64,000 nt of DNA from Minisyncoccota bacterium (GCA_021734445.1 JAIPIY010000001.1:110814-174813), one strand, 5' to 3'; positions 1-10,092 are shown, numbered from the stretch's first letter. Translations and numbers: made by a program. The notes: generated from the letters alone by a model not told the origin.

Positions 1-860
1 ATACCATCAAAATCAGAACCCAATGCCACATGGTCAATTCCACACAAAGAAATAACATGCTCTATGTGTGCAACAATATCACGAACCGAAGCATCTGTAC
101 CAACGGGATTTAAAAATTCTGGAACAAATGCCACACCAATAACGGCATCTTTTTCTGCCAACAATGCAAACTGGTCATCTTTTAAATTTCGAACATGAGG
201 ATTCAACATATGTGCACAGGTATGAGAATTAATAACCACACCATTAAACAAACGCAGACAATCATAAAACATTGTTTCATTCATGTGCGCTGTATCCAAA
301 GCTATCCCCAGGGATTCCATTTTTTTCAAAAGATGTTCACCTGCAGGTAATAATCCATTTGCAGATAATGTCCCTCCCCCAAAATGATTATCACGATTCC
401 AGACAGGGCCAATAATACGTAAACCTTTTTTATATAATTGCTCCAAATTAGATAGGTCTGCCGCAATCCCCAAAGCATCTTCCAACAACAACACAATACC
501 CAACACACCATCGGTAGTGAATACAAAATCAAGATCTTGTTTCGAAGTGATGATTTTTATTTTTCCATCGCTTTTTTCTGCAAGACCATGATAAAAATCT
601 AATTGTCGTATTGTTTCTTGTTGTGCAAATTCTGGATCAGAGTGAATATCTTTTCCATCAAATGAATAAGGAAAAGTAACACCATATACAATTTTTACAC
701 CCGACCCCGCCAGTCGGACATAATCAACCTGATTTAACTGTTTTTCTGAAAATATTTGAGATGCATCAAATTGATTTTCCATAAAAAAATCCTTGCCCGT
801 TACGTGCAATGTATTAAAAGAAATATCCTGATGGGAATCGATAATCATGTGTTTTTTCAT
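1..860 (-). CDS. Membrane dipeptidase, peptidase M19 (renal dipeptidase) family. Start codon at 858-860; the C-terminal part runs off the window.
   Basis: Uninterrupted minus-strand frame from ATG (cat at 858-860) to position 1, not in the ORF track. My translation MKKHMIIDSHQDISFN...VALGSDFDG shows M19-like D-x-H-x-D and GSDFDG motifs. Confidence 0.6.
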   Translation of the reverse strand, partial: MKKHMIIDSHQDISFNTLHVTGKDFFMENQFDASQIFSEKQLNQVDYVRLAGSGVKIVYGVTFPYSFDGKDIHSDPEFAQQETIRQLDFYHGLAEKSDGKIKIITSKQDLDFVFTTDGVLGIVLLLEDALGIAADLSNLEQLYKKGLRIIGPVWNRDNHFGGGTLSANGLLPAGEHLLKKMESLGIALDTAHMNETMFYDCLRLFNGVVINSHTCAHMLNPHVRNLKDDQFALLAEKDAVIGVAFVPEFLNPVGTDASVRDIVAHIEHVISLCGIDHVALGSDFDG

Positions 861-943
861 ATATATAAACTATACACATAAATAAAGAAAATAAAAAGGG
901 CGCGTTCCATAATGGAAACGCGCCCGATGATACATCACCCTAG

Positions 944-2257
944 TTACTTGTGTACATGAAATAGCTGCTGTATCTTTTCGAAAGACATGGGCATTAATTT
1001 CGTAAGCAGATCTGCTGGTACACGTTCTCCATTCAAAAGATCATATTGACTAAATCCCCTTCTGGATTCAAGCTCAGAAACATATTCTGTGCGAACACTG
1101 ACCATCTTTTGAGACAAGATTTTATTCTGATGAATTAATCCCTGAGGAAAAATAGTGGGATACCGATTTTTAGATTCGGCAATCCTTGTATTCAGAAAAC
1201 CTTTCTCTGTTGATATATCCAGCAACGAACGAACCGAATTTCTCAACTCACGTTCTGCGCAAGATGGAAGAAATCGGAATAATCCCCCTGGAACAATCGT
1301 GTGTCGAAGATGCTTTGGTAACCATGGAAATGTTCCACTGTTTTGCAAAACTTCGAACATCCGAGAAAAGACATTCCGAATTGGTTTACCCTTGAGATAA
1401 TGAATCATGTCAATACCAGAAACGGTGAATGTATCCCCAACCAATACTGAAGGTTCAGCAATTCCCCGTTGCACCTGTTGCCAATAACATGTAATGGCAT
1501 CAAGCATAATCAGGGATTCTTTGATCGGCAAATACCCGCCAATTTCCAATACTACATCTTTTTCGATCATGTATTTGTGACTCTTTTTCATTTCCAAAAA
1601 AGAATCTATCACATCAAAAGACGTAGCTGGTGAAATTTTAGTAACACACCCCATAGGAGAAACAATACGATTAAAAATCCCTGTTTCATACCCCTGCAAG
1701 ATGTATTCCTGATTCGTGATGATAATCTTGAAGAAGTCCCGTACAAATGGAAAATCCAAAAGATCTGCATCAAGAATCACATTTTGATATCCAAGAGCTT
1801 TTTTCTTTGCAATATGGTGCACATGCCCCAGATTGGAACATTGTGCAAATTGTCTGGCCGAAATAAAACCATTGGATAATACTTTTTCGGAACTCAATTG
1901 CAAATATGGAGATAAAACCGCATCATGCTGAATAGCACAATAATGCTTACTGCCACCTTCGAAAATTGTTTCCGGTTCATCAGCGGTATCTCGTACCGAT
2001 TGATTCCCCATGTAATCACAAATGGTGACACCCATGTGTGGATACATGTTATTACTGGGCCAATGAAGCCCAATGTGCGGTGTAGCAAGAATAGACACAC
2101 CTAGAGATGTAAGATGAGAGATATCATCCCCACAAAGCTGGTAAGAGCTACCACCCCAGGGATTTAATCTATCAAAACCAATGATGTGAAATCCAGATTC
2201 CGAAAGAGAAGGATTTTCTTGTTTCCACATTTTCTGCAAAATTTCATGCGTTTTCAT
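944..2257 (-). CDS. Metallophosphoesterase-like protein (calcineurin-type motifs GDDISH ... LGHVHH); function unknown.
   Basis: 437-aa ORF. Motif pattern GDxxH / GNx / GHxHH is read by eye; there is no partner gene in an operon. Confidence 0.4.
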   Translation of the reverse strand: MKTHEILQKMWKQENPSLSESGFHIIGFDRLNPWGGSSYQLCGDDISHLTSLGVSILATPHIGLHWPSNNMYPHMGVTICDYMGNQSVRDTADEPETIFEGGSKHYCAIQHDAVLSPYLQLSSEKVLSNGFISARQFAQCSNLGHVHHIAKKKALGYQNVILDADLLDFPFVRDFFKIIITNQEYILQGYETGIFNRIVSPMGCVTKISPATSFDVIDSFLEMKKSHKYMIEKDVVLEIGGYLPIKESLIMLDAITCYWQQVQRGIAEPSVLVGDTFTVSGIDMIHYLKGKPIRNVFSRMFEVLQNSGTFPWLPKHLRHTIVPGGLFRFLPSCAERELRNSVRSLLDISTEKGFLNTRIAESKNRYPTIFPQGLIHQNKILSQKMVSVRTEYVSELESRRGFSQYDLLNGERVPADLLTKLMPMSFEKIQQLFHVHK

Positions 2258-2513
2258 GATGTTTGAATTTAGGTGATGTTTATGAAATTGTTAAAAAACA
2301 AAAACCAAACCCCAGATTGCTCGGGGGTTTGTTGGTATCAATAAATTTTTTGAGAAATTATATTTTATTCAGACAAACAAAACCCCGAGCGGAAAGCCAG
2401 ATAGGGCGGTACAAGAAACACATGTTTGTGTGAATATGACTATTCATAATATATATACTATAGAAACGAAGTTTTTTGTCAAGAAAAATTAAGACAACAA
2501 AAATCTATCTTAT

Positions 2514-2816
2514 TTATAAAAATACAGAAACAATTAGAAGAACTGTTCCTATAAAAAGCCAGATAGCACCACGAATTGGAGATTCTAAATCAGAACGCGT
2601 TTCAATTTCCTTATATTCACCACCCTCAAACAAAGACATCGCGTCTTGTTTATTTTTAATATTCACCAATAAGCCAACAAAACGATTCCACACAGAAGGT
2701 TTTTTATACAACCATTGCTTTGCAATTAACATGGAAATATCTCCAGATGCAAATGTTATTGAGGCAGCTGATAAACAAAGTGTTCCTATTATAATTATCA
2801 AACTTTGAATATTCAC
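2514..2816 (-). CDS. Small membrane protein, hypothetical.
   Basis: 100-aa ORF with hydrophobic N- and C-terminal segments, co-oriented with its neighbours. The overlapping + strand ORF 2476-2808 is Lys-rich and less plausible. Confidence 0.35.
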   Translation of the reverse strand: MNIQSLIIIIGTLCLSAASITFASGDISMLIAKQWLYKKPSVWNRFVGLLVNIKNKQDAMSLFEGGEYKEIETRSDLESPIRGAIWLFIGTVLLIVSVFL

Positions 2817-2843
2817 AAAAAGAAAAGACTTTAGTTTTAAATT

Positions 2844-3734
2844 TCACGCAGAAGCTGGAGTGCAAACATTAAAACCTGTACCGCCAACACAAGAGATTAT
2901 ACTAAATCCACTATTTATTTCTGTAGACCCAGATTCATTCTCAGCACGAATAATCACCTTATAATTAAAACCTTTTGGTAAAGTAGTTTGAATCTCGTGA
3001 TTTCTACTATTACGTTTTTTAGACTCAAGAGAAGAATATATCTTTGAATCATTACCTTGGTAAATTTTTATAGAACTTTCCGAAGGATAATTTGTTTTCC
3101 AAGAAATTATACATTTTTCTGCATTACAAGAATGATTAACCTCATCAATTTTTAAAGGTGTTTGCTTTGTAGAAAAGGTAACGCGCTCTGTTTTCCAAGA
3201 ATTATCTGCAAGGGCTGTTATATTACCCATATAAGGAATATCACTTTCTAGTCCACCAATATTAACAACGTGATATTTACCAACCCCTTTTTCAGAAAAA
3301 TAAGTATCCCCTTCAATCATTATTTTTGATTCAGAATCTATTGTTGTTTCCCATTTTATTTTTACTGAATACGCTTCGGCATCTGCTTCAATATTCCTAA
3401 TTGAAAGAGTATTTAAATTCGATTCTACTGGCGTTACGTTAGAAGCTACAATAGGGGTAATTATGGGTATAACAGGAGGCTGATAATCTGAAACTAGATT
3501 AATCTTTTTCTCAGTTTCTTTTGATAGAATAGGTGTTTTTTCTTTATCTATAATAACCTTTGATTCCACGGGAGCAACTTCTGCCTCTATCACCACTTCA
3601 TGTTTAGATTCTGAAACCTTTTTATCCTTCTTAAACCAAGAAAATGGGTTCCACCATACGGCAAGTGTTATACTTGGGTAAATTAATACAACTAAAAATA
3701 CAATCAAAATAATCTTTTTATATTCATTTTTCAT
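2844..3734 (-). CDS. Secreted/membrane-anchored hypothetical protein.
   Basis: 296 aa with an N-terminal TM/signal anchor (IILIVFLVVLIYPSITLAVWW). ATG confirmed at 3732-3734. Confidence 0.5.
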   Translation of the reverse strand: MKNEYKKIILIVFLVVLIYPSITLAVWWNPFSWFKKDKKVSESKHEVVIEAEVAPVESKVIIDKEKTPILSKETEKKINLVSDYQPPVIPIITPIVASNVTPVESNLNTLSIRNIEADAEAYSVKIKWETTIDSESKIMIEGDTYFSEKGVGKYHVVNIGGLESDIPYMGNITALADNSWKTERVTFSTKQTPLKIDEVNHSCNAEKCIISWKTNYPSESSIKIYQGNDSKIYSSLESKKRNSRNHEIQTTLPKGFNYKVIIRAENESGSTEINSGFSIISCVGGTGFNVCTPASA

Positions 3735-3764
3735 AATACATTAATTAAACCAATAAACCAGTAG

Positions 3765-3784
3765 TGGGTGACTATCGGGAATCG
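3765..3784. repeat. 20-nt direct copy of the tRNA-His 3' end (identical to 3960-3979), followed by GTCAC.
   Basis: Exact match tgggtgactatcgggaatcg at both positions. The copy begins at T-loop position C56 of the tRNA. Confidence 0.75.
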
Positions 3785-3833
3785 GTCACTCTTGTGGATT
3801 TTCTTTCAGAAAATCTCACGCCATTGACCTCCA
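3785..3833. repeat. Diverged copy of the conserved tRNA-downstream element (GTCAC ... GATTTTCTGAAAGAAAATC hairpin).
   Basis: Starts with gtcac and contains the AATTTTC/GAAAATT-type hairpin, as in the copies at 7309, 10093, 10355 and 15621. Confidence 0.45.
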
Positions 3834-3900
3834 CTCGCCCGCCAGGCTACGCCTGACTTTGTGCGGGCTCGGTTCGATTCCCTCTCGAAAACTTTGTTTT
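3826..3900 (+). other. Degenerate tRNA-like fragment (T-arm consensus GGTTCGATTCC, no complete cloverleaf).
   Basis: ctcggttcgattccctctcg resembles the tRNA-His T-arm, but I cannot build the stems. Confidence 0.25.
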
Positions 3901-3924
3901 CTCGTAGTCACTTTTAGACATAAC

Positions 3925-3952
3925 AAAAACGCAAGCAAAAGCCTGCGTTTTT
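3925..3952. terminator. Bidirectional hairpin terminator (AAAAACGCAAGC aaaa GCCTGCGTTTTT).
   Basis: 12-bp stem with one G.T mismatch and T-runs on both strands, immediately 3' of tRNA-His. Confidence 0.5.
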
Positions 3953-3961
3953 GTTATGCTG

Positions 3962-4034
3962 GGTGACTATCGGGAATCGAACCCGAATCAGAGGCTCCAC
4001 AAACCCCTGTGTTAACCGTTACACCATAGTCACC
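3962..4034 (-). tRNA. tRNA-His (anticodon GTG) with an encoded G-1.
   Basis: Cloverleaf built by hand: acceptor GTGACTA/TAGTCAC with an extra 5' G pairing discriminator C73, anticodon loop TTGTGGA, T-loop TTCGATT. Confidence 0.85.
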
Positions 4035-4105
4035 AATATAAAACACAAGAAAATATCTCTCCTGTGTTGCTTTGTTATACCAAAAAAATCAAATAAAAGC
4101 CAGCC

Positions 4106-5113
4106 CTAGAAAGAAATCTTTTTTCTAGCAATCAGATTTTCCAAATACAACCCTGCGATAGAAGCCAAAATAACAATAGCTAAATACACCAAAAACAATC
4201 CCCAGTATGACCAATTTGATTCTCCTATTTTTACCAAAACAAACATAACATACCATGACACCACTGAAACACTACCAAAAATAAAAACTATCTTTCGCAT
4301 CATTTCAAATGCATGTTTTTCGCCTGTGATATGTGGCTGATCAAAAGGAATTTCCGATAACTGATGACCCACCAATAGATTTACCATGACGCTATTCATA
4401 ATCAACACCAATGTAATAGTCATCACCATTAACATACTACTGGATTCCAATATTGCAGGACCAAATGATGCGTAATATCCGATTCCTACCAAGACAAACA
4501 ATCCCAGGATAAACCACAACAACTGATAGAAAAATCCAATAGTTCCTGCTTCACCTTTTGAAACATGATGATCATGCAATGAACGAAAGAAATACAAATC
4601 TGTCAGGGTCGCAATACCCACACCCAAAGCCAACGCCAACGAATATCCCACAAATAAGATATGTTGATAGGTTGCCAAAATTTCAACCAAACTAAATGGA
4701 AATGAGAACAACGAAATAACAAAAATAAATAATGAAATAGTTGCCGACCCCAAACACCATGAACACCATTCACGCAAAGCAAAAGCCTGGATAGCAACCA
4801 AATACACTGAAAACAACATTGCTAATGTTGTAATGACAATAAATACAAACATCACGCCTGGTGTACCCAAACTAGGCATAATCATGATAGTCGCATATGC
4901 CAAAGCAATCAGAGAATAATAGAAAATTCCCATCCATTCTACTGGTATACCCAAGAAATTTGAAAACCGGCTGTAAATTACCGTATCGCAATTTGCATCC
5001 AAAGGACAAATCATCTTTTCATGTTTTGCTTTTTTGTGTCGAATAAAACTGGCTAAAAAGAATCCTGCAAACGCAAGAAAAACAAGAACAATTTTTGCAA
5101 CTAATGGTGACAT
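4106..5113 (-). CDS. VKOR (vitamin K epoxide reductase) family membrane protein with an extra C-terminal multi-TM domain.
   Basis: Cys pair in the loop (CPLDANCD) and an in-membrane CSWC CxxC motif; many TM segments. Confidence 0.55.
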   Translation of the reverse strand: MSPLVAKIVLVFLAFAGFFLASFIRHKKAKHEKMICPLDANCDTVIYSRFSNFLGIPVEWMGIFYYSLIALAYATIMIMPSLGTPGVMFVFIVITTLAMLFSVYLVAIQAFALREWCSWCLGSATISLFIFVISLFSFPFSLVEILATYQHILFVGYSLALALGVGIATLTDLYFFRSLHDHHVSKGEAGTIGFFYQLLWFILGLFVLVGIGYYASFGPAILESSSMLMVMTITLVLIMNSVMVNLLVGHQLSEIPFDQPHITGEKHAFEMMRKIVFIFGSVSVVSWYVMFVLVKIGESNWSYWGLFLVYLAIVILASIAGLYLENLIARKKISF

Positions 5114-5147
5114 ATGATGAGATTATATACTAAAAACACCTTCAAAG

Positions 5148-7235
5148 CTAGAATTCCGTTACCGGCAAAGGTTCCGTTTCAGTTTCTGTTTCTGTTGGCA
5201 CATTTTCATCATTGCTAACAGATTGTTTTAATTCTGGAAATAAAATTTGAACATCTTCTGGAATAACTGAGACAATTTGATTATTAGCCAACGATGTTAA
5301 TTGCAAAGTATGCTGTACAGACATGGTATCAAAATTACTGGATCCTGAAAAACCATATGGGATAAATGTATTCTCTCGTAGAGATACCAGCCCGGTAAGA
5401 TTTTTTACGGTACGCATAAAATCAGTTTCTAATATTGTTACCATTTCACCAAAAGATTGTATCCTCATAGGATATTGATACATGGGAAGATTCATAACTG
5501 AATGTGACACACCAGGATTTTCTAATACGATAGATTGCAACCCATCTGAAACAGTGTTCACAACACCAGCTATTATTTGAACACTGTCTGGTAATGGTGT
5601 TTCTTCAGGTATGGTATGTATTACCGGTAATCGATACCAAATATCTTTTTGTATATTCAAGTGAGTAAGAATTTCTAGTGATGCTTCTCCGAAAGATACA
5701 TAAGTAAATTCTTGATCAAGTATAAATTTCATACGAACACGCTCCATACCTGATTCACGCGGTATCTCCAACGTAATATTTCCTTCTGATTGTATTCCTG
5801 TATCCCCATTACGTAACCACCCATCCACAGATAACAATGATTCTACAGGTTGTATTACAGGAATTTCTGCGTTCAAATCTTCGGTCACTATTTCTTCTCC
5901 TGCTACTTGCCCTGTTGTAACATCTGAAGATTCTGTTATTTCAACCTCTCCTTGTTCATCATTCATAGGAAAAAACAATGACTGAAATATATCTTTTTCT
6001 GATGTAATACTACCCACATAAGAAAACTGCATTCCTGAATTTGCGGGTAGAATATTTTTCAACGAAGCAAAAGCTTGTTCCGCCAAAGGAACTTCAATCA
6101 CAGTAGTTTCTTCAACAGGCGTTTCTTGATTCAAAAAACCAGAAAACAGCCCCTGTGTATATCCATACAATCCAAAACCAAATATTGCCAACACTAATAA
6201 AATAATAACCGTGATACCTATAATTTTTTGTACAGGATTATGTTTTTTGATAATTACACCATCATCATGTATTTCAGTATCAGGCGTAATTGCCATACCT
6301 CCAAAAGCTGGTGAAGCCTGGGGTGGATTAAAGGATGCCCCTGGATTAACCACAGGAGAAACTGGTTCTGATTTTGTATACCATTCTTGTGCAAAATTTT
6401 GTGCTGGTTTAGGTGCTATCACAGGATCTATAGACTTTGGTGCAATGTTTGATTCAGATGTTTTCATTACCGGTACTGATTCTTTTTCTTGAACCATACC
6501 CACAGGAACGATGGTTGGTTCTGGAATATAAGCCGATGATTGCATTGTATTTTGCATAACCGGCTGCTGTGCCAGTGTTTCTTTTACTGCAATAGATGCG
6601 GGTTGTATACGTGGATCAAAAGAATCAACTGGCTGTACAGGAGGCATCACAACAGGAGTTTTTTCTTCAACAACTGATTGCAAAGGTTCTTCTGCTGGCA
6701 TTTCTTTTACTGGATTTTCAAATGAAATACCTGCAATTTCTTCAGTAGGAGAAGACAAAGAAACATCATTCATTTGTTTTTCATTTAAACTATCAGGAGT
6801 ATTTTGTGTAACAGATTCAATCCCCGCTTGTTCCAAAGAATCATTATCCAAATCTAATACAGTAGACATTTCTTCTTGGGTTTCTGGAATATCTTTCTGT
6901 ACCAATGGAGAATGATCTTTTTCAGAAGAAACAGAAACATCTCCACCTAAATCAACATTTACAACGGGTGCTTGTTCAACCTCTTTGGATTCATACGATG
7001 GTTTTTGTGATGAAATAACTTCATCTTTGTTTTCACCTGTTTTTATTACAGATGATTCCATGGACGCCATAGGGACATCTTGTTCTGAAACACCTACTGA
7101 TTTGAATACTTCATCAACATCATCATGTGTCCATCCACCATATGCGAATAAATCTTTACGAATAATATCAAGGTGATGACCTTTTGCGATACGTAATTGA
7201 ATATAATTTACAAGTTCTGGTGTAATCATACACAC
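5148..7235 (-). CDS. Hypothetical single-TM protein with a long low-complexity (E/P/S/V/Q-rich) linker and a C-terminal extracytoplasmic domain.
   Basis: 695-aa ORF with a central hydrophobic segment IIGITVIILLVLAIFGFGLYGY. Confidence 0.45.
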   Translation of the reverse strand: MCMITPELVNYIQLRIAKGHHLDIIRKDLFAYGGWTHDDVDEVFKSVGVSEQDVPMASMESSVIKTGENKDEVISSQKPSYESKEVEQAPVVNVDLGGDVSVSSEKDHSPLVQKDIPETQEEMSTVLDLDNDSLEQAGIESVTQNTPDSLNEKQMNDVSLSSPTEEIAGISFENPVKEMPAEEPLQSVVEEKTPVVMPPVQPVDSFDPRIQPASIAVKETLAQQPVMQNTMQSSAYIPEPTIVPVGMVQEKESVPVMKTSESNIAPKSIDPVIAPKPAQNFAQEWYTKSEPVSPVVNPGASFNPPQASPAFGGMAITPDTEIHDDGVIIKKHNPVQKIIGITVIILLVLAIFGFGLYGYTQGLFSGFLNQETPVEETTVIEVPLAEQAFASLKNILPANSGMQFSYVGSITSEKDIFQSLFFPMNDEQGEVEITESSDVTTGQVAGEEIVTEDLNAEIPVIQPVESLLSVDGWLRNGDTGIQSEGNITLEIPRESGMERVRMKFILDQEFTYVSFGEASLEILTHLNIQKDIWYRLPVIHTIPEETPLPDSVQIIAGVVNTVSDGLQSIVLENPGVSHSVMNLPMYQYPMRIQSFGEMVTILETDFMRTVKNLTGLVSLRENTFIPYGFSGSSNFDTMSVQHTLQLTSLANNQIVSVIPEDVQILFPELKQSVSNDENVPTETETETEPLPVTEF

Positions 7236-7308
7236 AGTGTACCATATTTATTTTTTATTTTTTACAAAAGGTGTGTAAAAGATTTAAAACAACAAAGGAG
7301 AAGGCTTG

Positions 7309-7358
7309 GTCACAAATAATTTTCCTACAGAAAATTTTCGCGACCCCGCCTCGTCTGC
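7309..7358. repeat. Conserved tRNA-downstream element copy (3' of tRNA-Leu), preceded by a degenerate copy of the tRNA-Leu 3' end (about 7291-7308).
   Basis: gtcacaaataattttcctacagaaaattttcgcgaccccgcctcg, near-identical to the copy at 10355. Anchored to ORF 7306. Confidence 0.6.
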
Positions 7359-7391
7359 CTTGGGCATAACTCCGACCTTCAAGATCCTCAC

Positions 7392-7413
7392 GCGAGCAAA
7401 GCAGTTTGCTCGC
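7392..7413. terminator. Hairpin (GCGAGCAAA gcag TTTGCTCGC) 3' of tRNA-Leu.
   Basis: 9-bp perfect stem. Confidence 0.4.
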
Positions 7414-7438
7414 TTCCTGCGCACAGATGTTCACATTG

Positions 7439-7522
7439 TGCGCAGGAGAGGACTTGAACCTCCACGCCCTTGCGGGCACATCCACCTCAAGGATGCTTGT
7501 CTACCAGTTTCAACACCTGCGC
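7439..7522 (-). tRNA. tRNA-Leu (anticodon GAG), long variable arm.
   Basis: Acceptor GCGCAGG/CCTGCGC, anticodon stem CATCC/GGATG, loop TTGAGGT, variable arm TGCCCGCAAGGGCG, T-loop TTCAAGT. Coordinates anchored via ORF 7306. Confidence 0.85.
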
Positions 7523-7596
7523 AATGTTTTGATTATACATTTTTCGATGATTTTTACAATTTAAAAACCCTGACCATTTCGGGTAGGGTTTTTAAA

Positions 7597-8109
7597 TTAT
7601 TCAGAATCTTTTTGTGTATCTTCTGTTGTTACTACTGGTTCTGATTCTACTGTTGATTCTTCTGGAGCTTCATCAGTTGGTTCATCTTCCGGAAGGATGG
7701 TTGTCAAAAATGGAATAAGATTTCGCATTTTTCGTTTAATATCACGGGCAACCTTGGTTCGAACGTAATATAGTTTAGATCGTCTTACTTTTGATCGACG
7801 TACTACTTCTATTTTTTCAATAGATGGTGAATATAATGGGAAGATACGTTCTACACCTACACCACTGGCTACCTTGCGAACAGTAAAAGTTGCACCAGGT
7901 TCTGTTCCATGTTTTCGCGCGATTAAAAGACCTTCAAAAAGCTGAATACGGGTTTTTCCTTTTTCTTCAATTTTTACATGCACACGAACAGTATCCCCTG
8001 CACGCAGGTCAATATTTTTTCGTTCATGTATTGATACGGGCGTAAAAGCCACAGTTGTACTTGCTGTCATAACGTGAGAAACTATAACATATCCAATTTT
8101 GTTTTGCAA
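7597..8109 (-). CDS. rplS: 50S ribosomal protein L19 with an N-terminal and an acidic C-terminal extension.
   Basis: [31 protein letters not shown]...[21 protein letters not shown] is typical L19. Confidence 0.8.
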   Translation of the reverse strand: MQNKIGYVIVSHVMTASTTVAFTPVSIHERKNIDLRAGDTVRVHVKIEEKGKTRIQLFEGLLIARKHGTEPGATFTVRKVASGVGVERIFPLYSPSIEKIEVVRRSKVRRSKLYYVRTKVARDIKRKMRNLIPFLTTILPEDEPTDEAPEESTVESEPVVTTEDTQKDSE

Positions 8110-8822
8110 TAGACCAAAGCATCTTCAAAATCTTTTGGAAAAGGAGCTTCAAAATGGACCCTTTCTCCTGATAAGGTAATAAAATCTATTGCACGCGCAT
8201 GCAATGCCTGACGTTTAAAACCTAACAGATTTGGTCGGTTTGGTGCATATAATGTATCCGCTAACATAGGATGTTGTAGATATTGCATATGCACGCGCAG
8301 TTGGTGGGTTCTTCCTGTTTCTGGCAATAAAACAATATAAGAAACCAAATCATCCTGTAATCGATATTTTGTTCGATAATGAGTTACCGCCTGACGCTCT
8401 TGTCCACGTTTTCCCCTGCCGGCACTATAACGACGAAAATCACGCGGGCTACGCGCAATAGGTGCATCAACGGTCCCTGCATCTTTTTTTACTATACCGT
8501 GCACAAATGCATGATATTCTTTGGTGATCGTATGATTTTGGAATTGTTCTTTGAGATGGAGAAACATTTCAGGAGTTCGTGCAACAATCAAAATTCCCGA
8601 AGTATCTTTATCCAAACGATGCACAATACCAGGACGATCGATAACCGTTCCGTCTTTTAATCTCATGGGTTCTCCTACACCAACAATGTCAGGAAATTGT
8701 TCCACCAAAAAATCCACCAATGTTTTTTCATCGGTGTGTCCATCCGCGTGCACCAACAAACCAGCGGGTTTATTGATGATGAGGAAATGTGGGTCGGTGT
8801 GAAGAATATTTAGATATTTCAT
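8082..8822 (-). CDS. RluA-family pseudouridine synthase.
   Basis: [15 protein letters not shown] catalytic motif. Start moved to the internal ATG MKYLNIL (8822); the ORF-track start at 8984 would overlap the divergent gene. Confidence 0.75.
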   Translation of the reverse strand: MKYLNILHTDPHFLIINKPAGLLVHADGHTDEKTLVDFLVEQFPDIVGVGEPMRLKDGTVIDRPGIVHRLDKDTSGILIVARTPEMFLHLKEQFQNHTITKEYHAFVHGIVKKDAGTVDAPIARSPRDFRRYSAGRGKRGQERQAVTHYRTKYRLQDDLVSYIVLLPETGRTHQLRVHMQYLQHPMLADTLYAPNRPNLLGFKRQALHARAIDFITLSGERVHFEAPFPKDFEDALVYCKTKLDML

Positions 8823-8844
8823 ATAATATGTTATAGTATACAAT

Positions 8845-9549
8845 ATGAATATAAATTTTGATATAGAAAAATCCCCTATTAAAAAGGAGACTATCAGAAA
8901 ACCTTGGTCTGATGAAAATATTGGGTTTCTCTTAGGAAACATGCACATATTAAAAAACAAAGAGAAAGCGCTCAATGATCCCAATAATTACAGAGAAAAA
9001 AGCATCGAAACATTTAACGAGCTTGATACTTTCCTTAGAGACAATGGGGGCACTCATTATGAAAATATTAATGATTTATATAATCAATATAACAGTACAA
9101 CAAAACCGCTTATTGTAAGAAGAGAAGATCCGATACGTATTGTTAACCTCATAAAAGGTGATTCTATTAAAATGGAATTTGATCCAGAAGTTGTTGGTGA
9201 TAGAGGGGATAAATATGCTAATTCTGCATTATGGCCATATGGACCTATTAATAAAACAAGTGGAATTGCAAATGCATTTCTTGAAGGTCGAGGTGCCGCT
9301 GGACCAATAGTGATCGTTGCTGGATACACACACAACCAAGATCATATGACAATTGAAGACCCTCATGAGCACATGGCAGAAGTTGGGACAATTCAAAGAC
9401 ATGCAATAAAAATCCTTTCAGGAGAAATAGAGACCAAAGATCTAGAATTTCTTATAGTCAGGGCACCAAAAAAGTTTTTTGATCCAACAAAACTAAAACC
9501 AGAAGAACAACATTCAGAGCAAATTTTTAGAGGGTATAAATTTAAATAA
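8845..9549 (+). CDS. Hypothetical protein.
   Basis: 234-aa ORF with no motif I recognise. Confidence 0.4.
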   Translation: MNINFDIEKSPIKKETIRKPWSDENIGFLLGNMHILKNKEKALNDPNNYREKSIETFNELDTFLRDNGGTHYENINDLYNQYNSTTKPLIVRREDPIRIVNLIKGDSIKMEFDPEVVGDRGDKYANSALWPYGPINKTSGIANAFLEGRGAAGPIVIVAGYTHNQDHMTIEDPHEHMAEVGTIQRHAIKILSGEIETKDLEFLIVRAPKKFFDPTKLKPEEQHSEQIFRGYKFK

Positions 9550-9578
9550 AAAAATAGGCTGAAATGATGTAAATCACC

Positions 9579-9923
9579 TCAGCCTTGTTTGTTTTTTGTC
9601 ACTAATACATCAACACAAGAAACGCACGTAAGTGCACCGGGTACCAATCTTAACCTGGCGACCGGTATATCCTGAGAGCATTTTTTACAAATACCATATT
9701 TCCCATCTTTTATAGCATTCAATGCTTCGATGAGAAATGGGGTAACTACCTGTGTTTTTCTTTGTTGATATGGAGTCAAATCTCCTAAAGTAAGAATCTG
9801 CTCTGCAATAAGATCTTTATCATTATAACGATCAATACGAGCTTGAATAATTTCTTTTTGAATTTTTACAAAAGAAGTCCAACCGGGACCATTTCTCACA
9901 AGAATTTCTTCTTTTTCCTCCAT
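9579..9923 (-). CDS. DksA/TraR-family C4 zinc-finger protein.
   Basis: C-terminal CKKCSQDIPVARLRLVPGALTCVSC four-Cys finger; ~114 aa. Confidence 0.6.
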   Translation of the reverse strand: MEEKEEILVRNGPGWTSFVKIQKEIIQARIDRYNDKDLIAEQILTLGDLTPYQQRKTQVVTPFLIEALNAIKDGKYGICKKCSQDIPVARLRLVPGALTCVSCVDVLVTKNKQG

Positions 9924-10039
9924 GGGTGTACAGTTTTTATTCTTTGATATTATACTTTAAAATAATAATAAAGTCAATACCATGCATATTATCTTATTTA
10001 AAACTTATATTTAGAGAAAAACATCATCATGGCAAAAAA

Positions 10040-10059
10040 GCGACCACCTTCGTGGCCGC
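10040..10059. terminator. Hairpin GCGACCAC cttc GTGGCCGC followed by a T-run.
   Basis: 8-bp stem with one mismatch, between the DksA-like gene and the tRNA cluster. Confidence 0.35.
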
Positions 10060-10067
10060 CTTCTTTG

Positions 10068-10092
10068 TTTTATGTGCGCGATGAGGGACTTG
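10068..10092. repeat. 25-nt direct copy of the tRNA-Val 3' end plus 4 trailer nt (identical to 10238-10262), followed by GTCAC.
   Basis: Exact identity confirmed through two overlapping ORF-track frames (10072 and 10215). The copy starts at T-loop C56. Confidence 0.85.

Noticed and set aside
2476-2808. Plus-strand 110-aa ORF overlapping the minus-strand 100-aa ORF 2514-2816.
   Set aside because: It is Lys/Ile-rich low-complexity and antisense to a plausible two-TM protein in a uniformly minus-strand neighbourhood. The minus ORF is kept, with low confidence.
3826-3900. Possible complete tRNA or tmRNA 3' domain on the plus strand between the tRNA-His end copy and the terminator.
   Set aside because: It has a convincing T-loop (GGTTCGATTCC) but I could not pair an acceptor stem or anticodon arm. 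It is reported only as a degenerate fragment.
7255-7644. ORF-track entries 7306-7644 (+) and 7255-7485 (-) overlapping the tRNA-Leu gene and the conserved element.
   Set aside because: They run straight through a well-formed tRNA and a repeated non-coding element. They start with TTG and have no motif, so they are spurious.
8823-8984. Long N-terminal extension of the RluA ORF (MGSLSAFSLFFNMCMF ...).
   Set aside because: It would overlap the divergent gene's upstream region and adds a hydrophobic peptide atypical of RluA. The internal ATG at 8822 gives a canonical N-terminus.
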